Shown in pieces: positions 21,111-35,900 of a stretch of DNA of 64,000 bases (position 1 is its first letter; the number at the start of each line of letters is the position of its first letter). Under the pieces are notes generated by a model. That model had not been told where the DNA came from and ran no database searches. It worked only from the letters and a program-made list of their open reading frames with translations. Origin of the DNA: Perna viridis (lineage: Eukaryota); the NCBI GenBank assembly GCA_037379345.1, contig CM074515.1, positions 5,270,001-5,334,000 of the forward strand, read 5' to 3'. A program made the position numbers and the translations under genes.

Positions 21111-24100
21111 CATATTCTGTGGTTGTGTTGTCAGCAAAAAGTAACTGATTGCTGTTATTAAATTGGTGTTTTCAAAATGGGTGCAAATTGTGCATCAAAA
21201 GTGCCTTGTTTATCTCCCATAAAAAATTGTGTTCAGTATGATTTGTATGCCCATAAATATGGTAGTCAACTCTTCTCTAGGAAGAGTTTGTTTCACAAAT
21301 TCTTGAAATAGTGTCCTAATAGCTTAAACCCATGCCAGTTGCAGTCTTTAGAGTTTTCAAACAGTTTGGTATTTACAAACAAACATTAAAGTACAATGTA
21401 AACAAAAAAAAGCAAACTGTAGAAAAGGTGTCAGTGATTATTTTTATTTAGTTACTATTGAATGTCCTTTACTAGTTGTAAGACTGAACTGTCTCAATAT
21501 GATTGGTGCTTGAAAAAACATATTAGGCCATAAAAAATGATATCTGCTTATGGTTTCCCAATCAACCTCATTATTATCCCAACATTAAGTCAATTTATCT
21601 GCAGCCTGAAAGTGAAAAAAAATTTATAATCAGTAATATCCTTCAATGAATGAAAGTACATTGCAGCTTAGACATTCAAACATTTGAGTAGACTAGACAT
21701 TGTCAAAGTGTTATTGGTCTCCATTGGTAAACAGAAAGTCAACTTACCACTGAAATCTAGTAAATGTTGTCATATGGAGAGTAATGTTTTTATGACAGTG
21801 ATTCCTAATGGTCTAAAAATAAACAGTGAGGTATAGGAGCAGTACCTCAGGAGAGTGGACCATAAAATTGTATTCCAAGACAATTTGTTGAAGTAAAAGT
21901 GAAAAAAATTTTGCCACCATTAAGTGGTAGGGTATCACTCAATGTCCAATTTTTATATTCATTGTTAGTAAAATTAAAGTTATGATTTGTTTACATGCTT
22001 CTTCTCACTAAGCTGTTTAAATTAAGAAAACTAAGAATTTAAAGACATCAATTTTACAATTATTTTTCAATGTGCCTCATTTCTTCAACAGTGATATGGT
22101 TTTGCCCAGGATATAGGATAAATTTGCCAAGGAATTGATCCATGCTAATTCCCCACAAGATGTTGCACATTCACATCATTTCAACAATGAGAAATATATA
22201 GTCAAAACATATGGATCTTCGTAACTGTCAATAGTTCAGATTTTACATATTGTAGGAGTGCATATGATTTAAGTAACATCTGGAAAATTTATAATAAATA
22301 AGATCCTCAATTATATTTTACCTACCATTAAATATCTGGGGTTTTTTTTCACAACATTCTCTTTTATTAATAAATTATGTGAGATTATTTCATACAGATA
22401 TTTCATGTATTAAACCTTATCCAGGACTTTGACTATACATTGTATTATTTTGGACATTATTCAATTTATTTCGGTAAAATTTGAAACCTATTGAAGAGAA
22501 ACAGCCTTATTTTGGAGGAAATATAAGGCAAACAATATCATAGTTGACTTATGTCACTGTATTTTTATTGGCTATTGTTTTGTTACGGTCCTACCCTCCT
22601 GCCTGACTAATTGGATTCTGCTTCCTGTTTTTTATTGGTAAATGGTAAAATTATAACTTTATATTGCCATACCAACTCACGGGTAAGGGGAAGGTTTATG
22701 TATGCTATAGGAAAAATGCTATGTTATTGTCCTTACTATGACCCTCATGCATGTAGAATAGATCTAGGTCATATTCACCATATCATAAACCCATTGATCA
22801 TGGTGATTGATTTATTATTGAGTATTATTGATTATTTATTACATAGAACTTATAATTCATGTTAATGACAAGATATTTATTATTTTTTTATGGACAGATC
22901 CTATATCTTTGTATCTCACCAAGTTAATGTTCCTTTCCTTTTTAGACTGCACAGGTTTGTTCTAGTCAATGAGCAAACATAATGAGATGACAAATACAAA
23001 GCATTAAATTACTAGGATTATCTTTTTCCTATTGTTAATTTTTGATAAGGTAAAGGGCAAAACAACAACATTTTAATTAAGACCTTATAGAATAATTTAT
23101 CACCTTGAAAAAAGCTATTTATGAACCAATAATGTTGTGTAATTGTTGTATCAGAATAACAAAAGTATAGAATTGCTGGTTTATTGTGACAGGATAGGGT
23201 CAAATTCAATTTAATCAGTTTCTGGACAGAACTTATTTTACTTGTAAACCTAAAGTGCTTTGTTAGGATGTTGTTGAGTACATGTCTATTTTTGTTAACA
23301 TGCTTTATCAAGGTTAAAGGTTAATGATGTCAGTAAACAGGATATAGTTGTCTGATCTTTTATGATTCTGATCAACTTTTTCTTGGAATTCCTGGACAAG
23401 ATCCTGTGTATGGAATACTGTGAAAGTACTTTAAGGCACGAACCATTTTCTTATGGTGGGGTGGGGGGGGGGGTGCCTTGGATTTCTTAATTTCAAAATA
23501 TTTTTTTTTTCAGACCAAAATAAAATTGGATTTTTTTTTTACCCTTTCAGCAAATATTTTTTTTTTTTTTTAATTTCCTGAAATGTATGCTATTTGATCT
23601 CTGCAAGAGCAATATCCCAGCGTATGCTTATAGGAAAAATGCATATTATAAAGCACATGGTTCAAGGTGATATTTTATTACGGTAATATAAAACATAATT
23701 TTGTCTATAGCCTTTTCTTGGTTTTGGTGAGCATAGTTTCTGTAGGCCAGTTCCTGCACTATGGTACTCCCTTAGACCATCATAGAGATACATGTACCAA
23801 GATCCTTGAATTTTCATGTTGCAATTAAAATGTCCTCCATTTCCGTATGTTATCACAAGCAAGGAATACCTGAAAAAATCATACGTAAATACATACTCAA
23901 ACATCTTTTTGCATTATTTTTGTTTTGTTTCAGAGAATATCAGGTTTGAACAGTGACAACAAATGATCCCTAGAGATTTTTTGTGTCAATAATAATAGTT
24001 CTATAATGCAAATTACACCATAATATATGTATACATGAATGAGTATAAAGTGATATTAATAAAACATAGGTAAAAGCTACGTGACAATCATCTTAGCTAA

Positions 24101-25849
24101 ACTTAACTTTTTAAGATAATAAAGCTGAACATATAATTATGAAGAAAAAATCACTGAAAGGTCTGGCGTTTCAGTTAGAGAAATGGGGATTGTAAGAAAA
24201 ACACAAAAAAAACAAGAAAAAAGTAGAGAAGAGGAAAGCTCGAGCAGTTTTAAAATGTGGTAGATCAGAAAAACAAAACAAAGTTCAAACAGACAATATT
24301 TCCCGCTTTCTAGTAAAAAAACCAACAGATAAAGAAAATGTTAAAAAAAATGTTTATGTTCCGCCATTGTCTCGCATTGCTTGGAAGACTATGTTTTAGA
24401 CATTTACAATATTTTCCTTCATTTCTAATCAAAATCACATGTTGTGATCTACTTTTTTGTTTTTTCTTTTGAAATATTAAAGTGTTATGTATTTCTTTCA
24501 GTTTTGTGTTCAGTTCATTTCCAATCATTAAATCTATGATACAATAATTCAGTATATTACAAAGGCTATGTGCAAAAAAAAAAAAATAGAAAATAATCAA
24601 GAGATTACAAATCCAAGGTATAAAAAAAATGGAAATTGGGAATATGTCAAGGAGACAACCACTCAACCAGGAATGGAAAATCAACAGCCTAAGACGACCT
24701 ATATATCTTCAATAAACGGTAGCCTGCAAATTAGATAAAGCAACCAACATGCATATACACAAATGCATATAAAGCACACAAAAAACTAAAATCAACAAAG
24801 AACTAAAAAACATGAGTAACATGGATCCCTATAAAATAAACTAAAAAAAGTTAACGCATGGTAAATTTATTAACTGTAATTAATGCACTGAACACACTTC
24901 TTCTTCTTCATCTTCTTTTTCATTTTCTTCTTCCTCCTCTTCTTTTTATTCAGATTTTTCAAAACATTTTATTTTTTTGTTTTGAAAATTCTGAATTATT
25001 TTATTTTTTTCAGCTCTTTTCAAAATATTTTTATTTTTTTTAATCAAAATTGAATTAATATTTTTTTTGAAAAAAATCCCAGACATATCATTGCCACCTT
25101 TTAATGTTAAATGAAATTTTAAATTCTATTAAAGTCTGTTTGAGTTCTAAATTCAGACACTCAGAGATTTATTTTCAAAATTTTAACTCAATTATTAAAT
25201 GAGTTTGCCATAAGGCTTATTGTTAAAAAAATTACTGGATAATGTGACCCTCAGCTGATGCAAATAAAAATAAGCCACAACAAAGCTATATAACTTTTTA
25301 AATATAATTACAGAATCAAAACCTGTTTTCTTTATGTGAGCCTATCTTTTTCTAATTTCCTTTATAACATTTTTATGCAAAAGAAAATTGGAAAAATTAA
25401 GATCATGACAACATGTATATAAAAATATTGCATTGTTCAGAATTTATTATTATAAAATAAAATATGTTAACATTTCAGTAATAAGGAAACAATGACCTCT
25501 GATCACTTAAAGACATCACTTGCTTTCCATGCTTTCTATGAGTGAATTCTGGGATGATGAAATGCTTTTCTGTTAAGCAGTGTGGGTATAGATAAATAAT
25601 CCAGTAAACTGTGTTGTGTTTGTTTTGTAGTCAATCCATCGTTTGGATTTTGTATTCAAATTTGAAGAAAAAATTAGTGAAATTCAAGTGGCCATTTTTC
25701 CATTTTTGATTCACTTAAACATGTTTTTGAAAGGATAAAAAAAAGCCCCCCCCCCCACTAGTATTTTAAAAGAAAATAGGGAAATTATTCTACACATTTT
25801 GAACTATTTTAAAGCAGAATCTAACAGAGGTGCTGCTTTTAATTTTTTT

Positions 25850-26170
25850 ATGATTATGTCAAAAGAACACATCATTGCTCCTGGGTTAAGATGAATCCAA
25901 CTGCAACCTACAAATGGCAAACATTGAATTTGACAAAAATAGGAAGTTCCCTATGGGCAGAGGGCAAGGTTTTGTTGTCTCATATGCAGGATATAAAGAA
26001 GTGTTCTTGAACCAGTTTTTAAGGAAATTAGGGCTAACAGACATGATTATCACACTGAGATGAACTCAATAATATTTGAAACATGGATTAATGAAAAATT
26101 GATTCCAAATTATCTCCATAAAGTCTTATTGTTATGGACAATTTATCATATTGCCAACCTTGCATTTACA
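25850..26170 (+). pseudogene. Tc1/mariner (IS630-like DDE) transposase fragment
   Basis: Broken reading DES...GRGQGFVVSYAG...DYHTEMNSIIFETWINEKLIPN...LIVMDN-SY, typical of DDE_3 transposases. Confidence 0.65.
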
Positions 26171-26782
26171 AAAGAAACCCTTTTATGTGGTATCACTTTA
26201 GGGGTGTGGTTGTTTAATGTAAATGGACTTGAGGTAGAGGAATATTAGACTCTTATCTATAAATTTATGAAGAAAAAATGATGATAGAAAATCCTCATAT
26301 CTGTGTATCTGTGGTTTTAGATGTCACAAATAAAATCCAGAAATCATTAAAAAATATATTATCTTCATCTTTGTTTGTTTGTTTGTTTTTTTTTTCAATT
26401 CTACCTTAGAACCTTTCTCGTTGGGTATTGCAAAACTTCATGAAAAATGATTAGTGGTGGATCAACATTCAACACCACTTTGTATCTGGCAAGTAGGATA
26501 CTGTTTTAAAAGTGCTTTTTCGCAAATTTCATATTTTATTTATTTTCAGAAAGTACCAGTAGGAACAAATCTGGCAAATTTACCATGTAGCATGATTTGA
26601 TACTTTGACATTCACCTAAAATAATATGAAAAAAAGTTCAACAAGAGCAGCTAGTCAGCTGACATTTTTAGGAGTTACATATATATAGGTTCAGGTAAAT
26701 TGTAGACATAGTCCTCAGGTATATAGTACATGAAGACTTACGATATTGTTATTCCTTACTTTAGAATACTATACTGACAGAA

Positions 26783-26930
26783 ATGGAACCTTCAGTAAAA
26801 CGTCTAAAGAACTGGCATCCAGTACCAATATCTGAGATGGCACAAAATGCATTCAATCCTATCAGGAGTATAGTTGATGGAATGAAGATTACACCACATC
26901 CAAAGAAACAGATGATTGCTTTATCTATAG
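26783..26930 (+). CDS. TAT: TAT coding exon 1
   Basis: [49 protein letters not shown](G); donor GTAAGC. Confidence 0.9.
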
Positions 26931-29900
26931 GTAAGCTTAATTTAATGGCACAAATCGAATGACAAAATTCCTGATAGAAATGTACACTGGCTTCAATTTA
27001 TTGATTTAAGCTGAACAATGTTACAGCTTGTACACCATGAAATAATAAAATACTTTAAAGAATGCAATACATTTCAATTTTATTTAATTTTTTATAAACA
27101 CAAATAAAATTCCTTCCATATATATATATATATATATATATTGCATCATGATCTTAGGTAAACATTAGATAGATGTTTGACAACCAGTTACATGTAACAA
27201 TTATGTTTACGAAGTATTTACATGTTCAATTTTGATGGACAGTTCCAGGTTTTCTATATATCAAGGATTGGAATCTCACGCAATTTTACATAGCCTGATA
27301 ATAAATATGTTGTGTGAGGCGATGTACAGCAAAACTACCCATGATGCATTTCATTGATGCTGAGTTTGCCCTGTTTTTATTTGACCAACTGTTGATATTA
27401 AATATGGCGGCTGGAGTCATTCCCCCGAGAAAGGTATTCCCTCCAAAATTGAAATTCCAACTCCTTCAAAATCCGAACGATCATCTTAAAATTTGTTTTT
27501 AACAAACAAAAAATGGTCTGAGTGTTTATATAAGGATGTTTATAGCTATAGCTTTCCCTGCTTTTGTGATATCAATGTTTTATATGACCTAATTTTGACT
27601 TCAATAGCAGTATAGGTGGCAAGTAGCTGTGTCGAGTATTCCGAAATCTTGCCACGTGAGATATTGCAATAAATTACAAGATGCGAATCCTTCTGTATTT
27701 AACTCCTTGGTCAGATCAATTTGTGCCATTTACCTTTAAGCAGACTAAGTTTGTCAATGATTGTTGAAGATAGTCAAGTTTTAAATACTTCAACACAAGT
27801 TAGTTAGGAGAACCTTACTTCTAAGTACGGTTGCTCAAAACATGGAATGGATAGGAATTTGAAATTTAGGTTGAATGCTGGGTATCATTTACAATGTTAT
27901 TTTGTGAAATATTCAACATATATGTAAAAACTGGATTTTTATATTGTTTACATTTTAGCATTGCATTTTTTAACCATACAAAAAAGCATTGGTAAACTAT
28001 TTTTCACTTGTGGCCATATTTTTTTTTATTTTGTAGTATTTTTCACATTAGCAACTTTGAAATCTTTCTGTCTTTGATTTTTTTACTACAGGTGATCCAA
28101 CAGTATTTGGTAACCTCCCATGTCCAGAAGAAATGGATGATGCAATTATTGATAAAATTCGATCTCACAAATATAACGGATACAATCCCTCTATTGGTAA
28201 GGTTGTGCCCCTCTATAGGTGAGGATGTGCCTCTTTATAGGTAAGACTGTGCCCCTCTATAGATAAGGTTATGCCCCTCTATAGGTAAGATTGTGTCCCT
28301 CTAAAGGTAAGGTTGTGCCCCTTTACAGATAAGGTTGTGTCCCTTTATAGATATAATTCTCCCCTTTATAGTGAAGGTTGTGTCCCTCTGTAGGTAAGGT
28401 TGTGCCCCTTTATAGGTAAGGTTGTGTCCCTCTAAAGGTATGGTTGTGCCCCTCTATATGTAAGGTTGTGCCCCTTTATAGGTAAGGTTGTGTCCTTTAT
28501 AAATGTCTGCTCTCAAACAGTACCTTTAGGCTTTCTAGGAAATCTGTTTCTAGTTTTGATTTGTCGTAGCTTAATTGCCAAAATAAGAAATCATTTCACC
28601 CCATATCTCTTGTTTTTTTTTTAAATATATGTATTTTTTTCCTCGGAACTCAGGTATATCTACCACCAATCAAAAACTGCTCAGTTATGGTCTCAGTGCT
28701 TTGAAGCAACACATTTATATTGAGATGTTTCAATCATTTAAGAAATAGATCTAGAACATCCTTGGTTTTATTAACTTCCTTTGTTGATCGAATCAACATT
28801 CGTTAGATATGAACAAACAAATTAAATATAACTGAAATTTTGTGAATAAGTTGAAATGTTAACATTCCTCTTGTTGTTCATCAAAGTAAATATACTCATA
28901 AAATGTTAACTAGAAATGTATATGTCATTATTTACATGTAAAATTAGTACATCAAAGTATTTGCTTGCACATAAAAAATTGCCAAGGGTCGTGACACCAA
29001 TTTATCACTACTGTTTATCTACATGCATCATAGTTTTAATAGCATTTTGGTTGGCTGAACCTTTCTTTCTTTCTGTATATCTAGGGCCTTACATTTTGGT
29101 TGGCTGAACCTTTCTTTCTTTCTGTATATCTAGGGGCCTTACTCCAACCTTTTTCTGACATGTCAAGTAATTATTTCAGGGTATGAAGAATCCAGAAAGG
29201 CTGTAGCTGACTATACATCTGTACCCAGTGCACCAGTTACTGCTAATGTAAGTACAGTATACACTGTAACTTACAGACTTGATCTAATTTAAAGAGGAAG
29301 TCCACATTTTCAAATCCAGAATACTGTTCTTTTTTTTACCGTACGTTTACTTCCAATTTTAACAATTTCAGCTTCTTTGGTTTGCTCCATAAAACCATAT
29401 CTAAACGAAGTAGCTTTCTTTTCTTCATTGCAGTTCCATCTTTCATTGTTGTAGATTTTTTCATTCAGGGGATCTGAAGCAGTGTCATTGTATTGGTTCA
29501 AATTCATTTTGAGGGCTGAATAACCTAGAACTACCTAGAAACTACTCCATCAATTTTTACAAATTTCTGGTCTAATTCATATCCTGTGTTAAACATTTTG
29601 TTAACTCCAAACATACAGCTGTATCAGGCTTAATTGGTGTCTCCATACTTGCACCCACTCTGTTGTGGCATCAGGCTGTACCCTGCATTTTATCTGAGTA
29701 TCAAATACCAATATGATACTCAACTAATCAGTCTCCTGTAGGTGATTTTGTTGGACTGAATCTTGATCATAAGACCCTGTGTAGTGACTTAAATGAATGT
29801 ATAGACATTACATTCTTATCATCTCACGTTTGTATTTTTACAGAATGTACAGTTTGTACTAATATTTGGTTTGTTTTGTTTTTGATGTTTTTTTCAAAAG

Positions 29901-32900
29901 GCAGGTATCAAGATTGATGAATGAGTTTTTTGTTGATGGTCCACTCTACATAATCATGTATAGGAGTAAACATGTTGACAATCTCATTATATATAGGTGA
30001 ATTTATGTATAATTGTAACAAGTATTTTAGTATTATTTCCTTACCTAGTTGAAACTTTCAGAGAGTAACGTAGTAGAGAAGAACCAATAATTTTGGTTTA
30101 TCCAAAACATGTGTACAACCATTCTATTTTCATTTTCTGATTACCACATATATTTTAGGATGTAATACTGACAAATGGATGTTCCAGTGCCTTAGACATG
30201 TGCATTTCAGTATTAGCCAGTCAAGGACAGAATATACTTATCCCAAAACCTGGATTTTCTATTTATAAGACTCTTGCAGAATCTCTTGGTATCAAAGTCA
30301 AACACTATGAACTCTTGGTGTGTGTAAGGTGTTTTATGCATATTTTTGTACTTCTCATACCAATTCTTTGAAGTTACAATTTTAAAAGAGCTGTTGATAA
30401 TTTATTTGGGAGTTGTACAGACACCTTATAAAGCTTGACTCCACAAATCAGTAACTGCTATAATATACAATAGTCAATGTACACAGAAATATAGAGACAA
30501 AGACTCTTGTACGCAAATGGATCCATCCAATGCCAGATACATGTGAGTTGTCCAGAATTTTATTTGCCATATAACCTGACACTTTTCTTTAAGTTCATCC
30601 ACTTCAATTAGAAAAGCAAGCGACTAAACTCTACTAGTTTTTTTTTAAACTTTACAAGAGAATTTAAATATTGTACATATGCCAGTATTTTTTTTAGCCT
30701 GACTTATCTTGGGAGATAGATTTGAAGCATTTAGAATCTCAGATTGATGATAAAACAGCTGCTGTGATTGTAAATAGTCCTTCCAATCCCTGTGGTTCTG
30801 TCTATAGCAGGCAACATATAGAAGATATACTGGAGGTCTTAGAGAGAAACAGACTACCAGTTATTGCTGATGAAATATACGAACATTTTGTAAGTGTACA
30901 AATTAGGAAAGAATGACCTCTTGACAACAAACTATATCCTTTATTCAATTATATTGAGAAAAACATACACTGAAATGAGTGCTTAGGCACCACATTGAAA
31001 ATACAAGTGAAATGTAGGTATCTTATGACAGAAGAATTTCACAGAACAATTTCATTTGTTTTTTTGCACTAACAAAAACAAAACATCCGGAATGCTACTC
31101 TTTCAACATTCCATTCCTCAATACTCACACCTCTTACTTCTGAGTGCTGTATTGCAAACCGCAAGTTCCAGCATACTTCGACATCGGCAGAATTATTCTA
31201 AAAAATTTCCCTTTCAAAGCTTATTACACCATTTCTTTCCTTCACATGTGAGAAGGTTATCAAATTAAAGAAAAATGTATACCTGACCTGAGTAGAAAAT
31301 CCAGCAATTGTAGAAATCATTTGCAAAAGCAGTTAAAATGAATTTCACATTGGTCTTTTTGAATTAATACATCTGGTTAATTTAATTGGTACATATCTGG
31401 TTAATTGAATTGGTACATCTGGTTAACAATTATGCTACAAAATAACCACTAAACTTTGTTTGTCTAAAATATTTTGTATTATGGAAAAATAATGACCTTA
31501 TTCAAAATGGCTTATCATTTTGACAACTGTCACCTTAAAAATGTTTTCTTTGGATTTAACAAGATTCATATTGTTTTATTACTTGATCGCTGGTAGGTTA
31601 AACTTCCCTCATGTAAATTAAAGACACTTGTTAAGCATGTCTAATGCTTGAGGTTAAAATGGCACCAAGTGAGAAATATTATGTCAGGCAACCTCTAGCA
31701 TTGCCGGAGCACTGAAATGCCAGACTTAAGTTAAGAGATTAAATTATTCATGACCGATTCATAAGGTATTTAAAGGTTTAAGAAAGTTTACACCTTAAAT
31801 TCTTAGTATAACGAGAATAAGTAGGTGTAGATGTCAAAGAGACGACAACCCCACCAGGATGAAAATGTCCGCCGAAGGCCACCCATTGGTGTTCAGTGAA
31901 CAACGAGGAAACCCTCATACCACAGGACAGGCTGCAGCTGACCCCAAAACATCATTATACACAGGTACAGCAAAAGAGTTGCCCCTATATATTTAAGTAA
32001 TATAAAAATAAACTGAAGGTGAAAATGAAACAAAACATACAGAGGCCAGAAATTCTTGACTTGGGACAGGTGCAAAAAAATGTGGCATGGTTTAAGTACT
32101 TTGGCGTTATCAGAACCCTCCCCCTTTAAAATCTGTCCAATGTTGAAAAATATTACACAATTAAACACACCTAAAAATCAGTTCAGAAAGGTCTGAGTCC
32201 CTTGTTACAATGGAAATAAAGAAACTGAATATAAATTACACAAATGTACAAACTAAGTACTACTAGTGTAATAGGTATTGTAAATACCAAGATATCAGAT
32301 TCTATATGTTTATACTTCATTAGATGTTTGAAGGTTCAATCCTGCAATTACATAATATATATTTTAATATCACATAAGACAATACACAAAGACAAATAGA
32401 CATGTCACACACAGAAAACTAATGAGTCCCTGTATTACAATAATTAAACACACAGCTTAGCCATTCTACTCAAAATAATGTATCATACCAAATATAACGA
32501 GTAACTCTAATATGCACTCTCGGTATACCAAATATCAAATATGGAAACTAGAAAGCTAAATAGCTTTACTCTCAATACAAAAATATACGAAAGTTACAAG
32601 ACAAACACAAAACACTCAATTATCTGTCTATGGGATGAGGTTTCCCATCTATACATCAAAACTACATACTACTAGTATAATATTAATGTACCATATCCTA
32701 AAAATATAAAGTATAAGCATATGTGTACTTTCCATGAATAATACTAGATTTATTTCAAAACTGGCTAAACTGTCAAAAGTAAAGAAAATAGTAACAAAAT
32801 GTAAAAATAAACTAAAATGCAGAGTAGACTCAATATGCTAAATAAACAAACTAAATATCAAAAAGTACTAGCTCAAAATATAAGATTACATTGAAAGTAT

Positions 32901-35900
32901 CATTGCTATCAAAATAATTACTGATCTACTATTTCTTCAAAATACTCAAAAATACTAATCTCGCATATAAACACTCGATAGTAAAGAAATGAAAGTAAAG
33001 AAAAGATAAAAGTAAATAATAGCTACCTCAAAATCAATCTCAGAAATCCCAAATCAAATATTCATTCACTTGTACAATATACCAATATGACCACTACAAA
33101 GACAAAAACTCAACTCGAAATATGTAAAATCAGTCCCAGTTCTTCCCATGGGGGTTGAGAATCGTTGTACATCATAAGTCATACAATAAGGACACAACCA
33201 ACGTCATGCCAAAAATAGCTTTTAAATATAGTGTTTTGATTTCTATGTGAAAATCCTATGAGCAAATCAATGTTCATACCAAAGAAATGCTATCCTTAAT
33301 GATTTTATAACAATATCATAACAGTATCCCTTACAAATGAGCCTATTCAATGGTTTAGGTAACTTATTGAGTGAGTATCAAGCTTTCCATGCTTTTTGTA
33401 GAATAGTACCGTTAAAACAAAGGGTGAGATATACCCACACATATTAATCTTAACATTTCTTAAACAAGCAAATGACTCTTCCTCAGCTTGAAGAGCTCTA
33501 CAAAGGTCTCCATTGGGTTAAAGATGTACTTGTTAGAGTTATTGCCCATGAAAGGCAAATAATGATGTTTTTGCAGTTTTTAAGCCATTATCTTGAAATT
33601 TATGGTAGATAGAAAAATAACTTCTGTTGATGAAATAATCTTTACAATAAGACTAACAAAAGCCTACAAATGAAAGTTGTAGGATGTTTCCTTTTAGAGT
33701 TATTGCCCTTGAAAGTTAAAAAAAATATGCTTTCAGCAGTTTTAAGCATACATCTTGAAAACAAATAAAAGAAAGGAAAAAAATTTCAGTTGATGAAAAG
33801 ATGTGCAAGAAAAACTCCTTGTTAGAGTTGTTGCCCTTGAAAGTTAAAAAAATTGCTTTCAGGAGTTTTAAGCATACATCTTGAAAACAAATAAAAGAAA
33901 GAAAAAAAATTCAATTGATGGAAAGATGTGTAAGACAACACCTTGTTAGAGTTGTTGCCCTTGAAAAGCAAAAAGTGAACCAGTTCAGTGATGTAGGCTT
34001 TTGGGAGCCTCTGGAATTAATATTTGACATTAAATTAATGAATTTGTGATAGAAACGTGGAATAATTATATGCTTCAAAACCTAACAATATAATGATGCC
34101 AATAGGTGACTTGTTCTTTACAAGTTGAAGTAGACTCCACTAAGTTTGCTGCAAGTGCTATGGGAGAAAGTAACATGATTCAGCTATTGTTTTCTTTCAT
34201 TTTATAAATATAGGAATTCATTTATAATTTCATTAATTCTAAAATTCATCTTTTCTGATGACTTTAATCTACTTCTTGAAATGTCAACAAGAAAAAATGA
34301 CAGTTTGTTATAGTGCAACATTTTCTGGATAAATGATTATTCTTGAATTAAAAGTTTTATACTTTAGAACAGTGGTGACATATTTTTTGTTATTGTTATT
34401 TTTGTGTGTAATAATAGCCAGTACATGTACCAATTTAAACAAAACTTATAATCATTTCTATACTGGCCTAATGTTTAGTCTCTGTCTACTATCTTTAATT
34501 TATATTTAAAATTTACAGGTCTTCTCTGACTTCAAGTACCATTCCATAGCATCTGTATCTAAAACAGTACCAGTTCTATCCTGCAGTGGTCTTACTAAAA
34601 GGTAAGATTTAATCTATTCTTTGTCTGATACGTTAAAAACTTGAAAGGTAATATACTATTTTATACTGCCCTTGTTGGTGTTTGTAGTTTGTCTACAAGA
34701 AAATGGAAAGGTAACCAGAAGATTTGCCAAAGGATGATTTAACTTTTCAAATATAGTAACACACATTGTATGGCTATATTATATATGATTAGAAACATGT
34801 AATTCCCTCTAGGGAATTTCCATGGGAGTTTCTTGCCAAAGATAGACCACACCATGTGACTTAATTATCAATAGTCGACACAAAAACGGGAAAAGATCAT
34901 GTGACCAATTCTTTAACGAACCAGATCAAAGATGTTAATATGGATAGTATTGACCTATGTTTAAGGTAACCAGTCCTATTCATTGACCAAATCATACTCC
35001 TGTAAGAAAGTTTGTGTAATTCTAAGCATAATCTATGTCATACAAACAGCAAAACTAATATCGTGAAGAAATTTTACTTGGAATCATATATTCATTCTTT
35101 TTAATGAAAACAAGGTATAATCTGAATTAGAAAATATTTTGATTTAAGAAAACAATTAAGAATTATTTCATATAAATCACAACTACAAATGGAGTTAGTC
35201 ATGCCATCATGACTAAAGAAGTTAGTCTTTCTTTCCTTCTGGTATACAGTGACTAACACCCTTGTGTGGGTGAGTTTTACCAACTATCTTATTAATGTTT
35301 TTCTAAATTCAAGATGTAATTGAAAATTCAAACAATACCTTGTTGTCAATAATTACAGTAATTTTTTTGCAGTTGTATAGTGTTGTTGTTACTGTCCTTA
35401 GAAATTTGGCTTTCATGCATTAACTTAATTTAGTTAGTGGATCTTGAAAAAAATTACAACCAAGTTCCATACCTCAAAAGGAAGGTTGGTATTGGATTTG
35501 AAGGTAATAGATCTAGGAATTTGAGTTCAAAAAATGCTTGTTCAAATTAAAATAACTTAATTATAAGTATAGACCTATATCAAATGTACGACAAGGTTCC
35601 TTAACACAATGGTCAGTAGGTGCTGAAAAGGGCCAAGAAGCATTTTTTGCATTCTGGAAAATAGCTTGACTTACAGTTTATGGAACTTTATGAAAATATT
35701 TTACAATCTTCCATATGACAAAAGAACAATTTTAAGTGATTTTAGGGGGTTCCTAGCTGTGGAGGATTTAGGGCCAAAAAAATTTCGTTATTCATTTGTC
35801 TAATTGCAAATTTTATAGTCCTTTGCAAATTTTAATTCTTTTCAGAAACTGAAGTGCTGTTTTGAAATTTGATAGCAAGCCAAATTTAAAGCTGTAACAA

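Noticed and set aside
28187-28500. CRISPR-like periodicity (also 37450-37985 and 11980-12410)
   Set aside because: Head-to-tail units without unique spacers, no cas genes, eukaryotic intron context.
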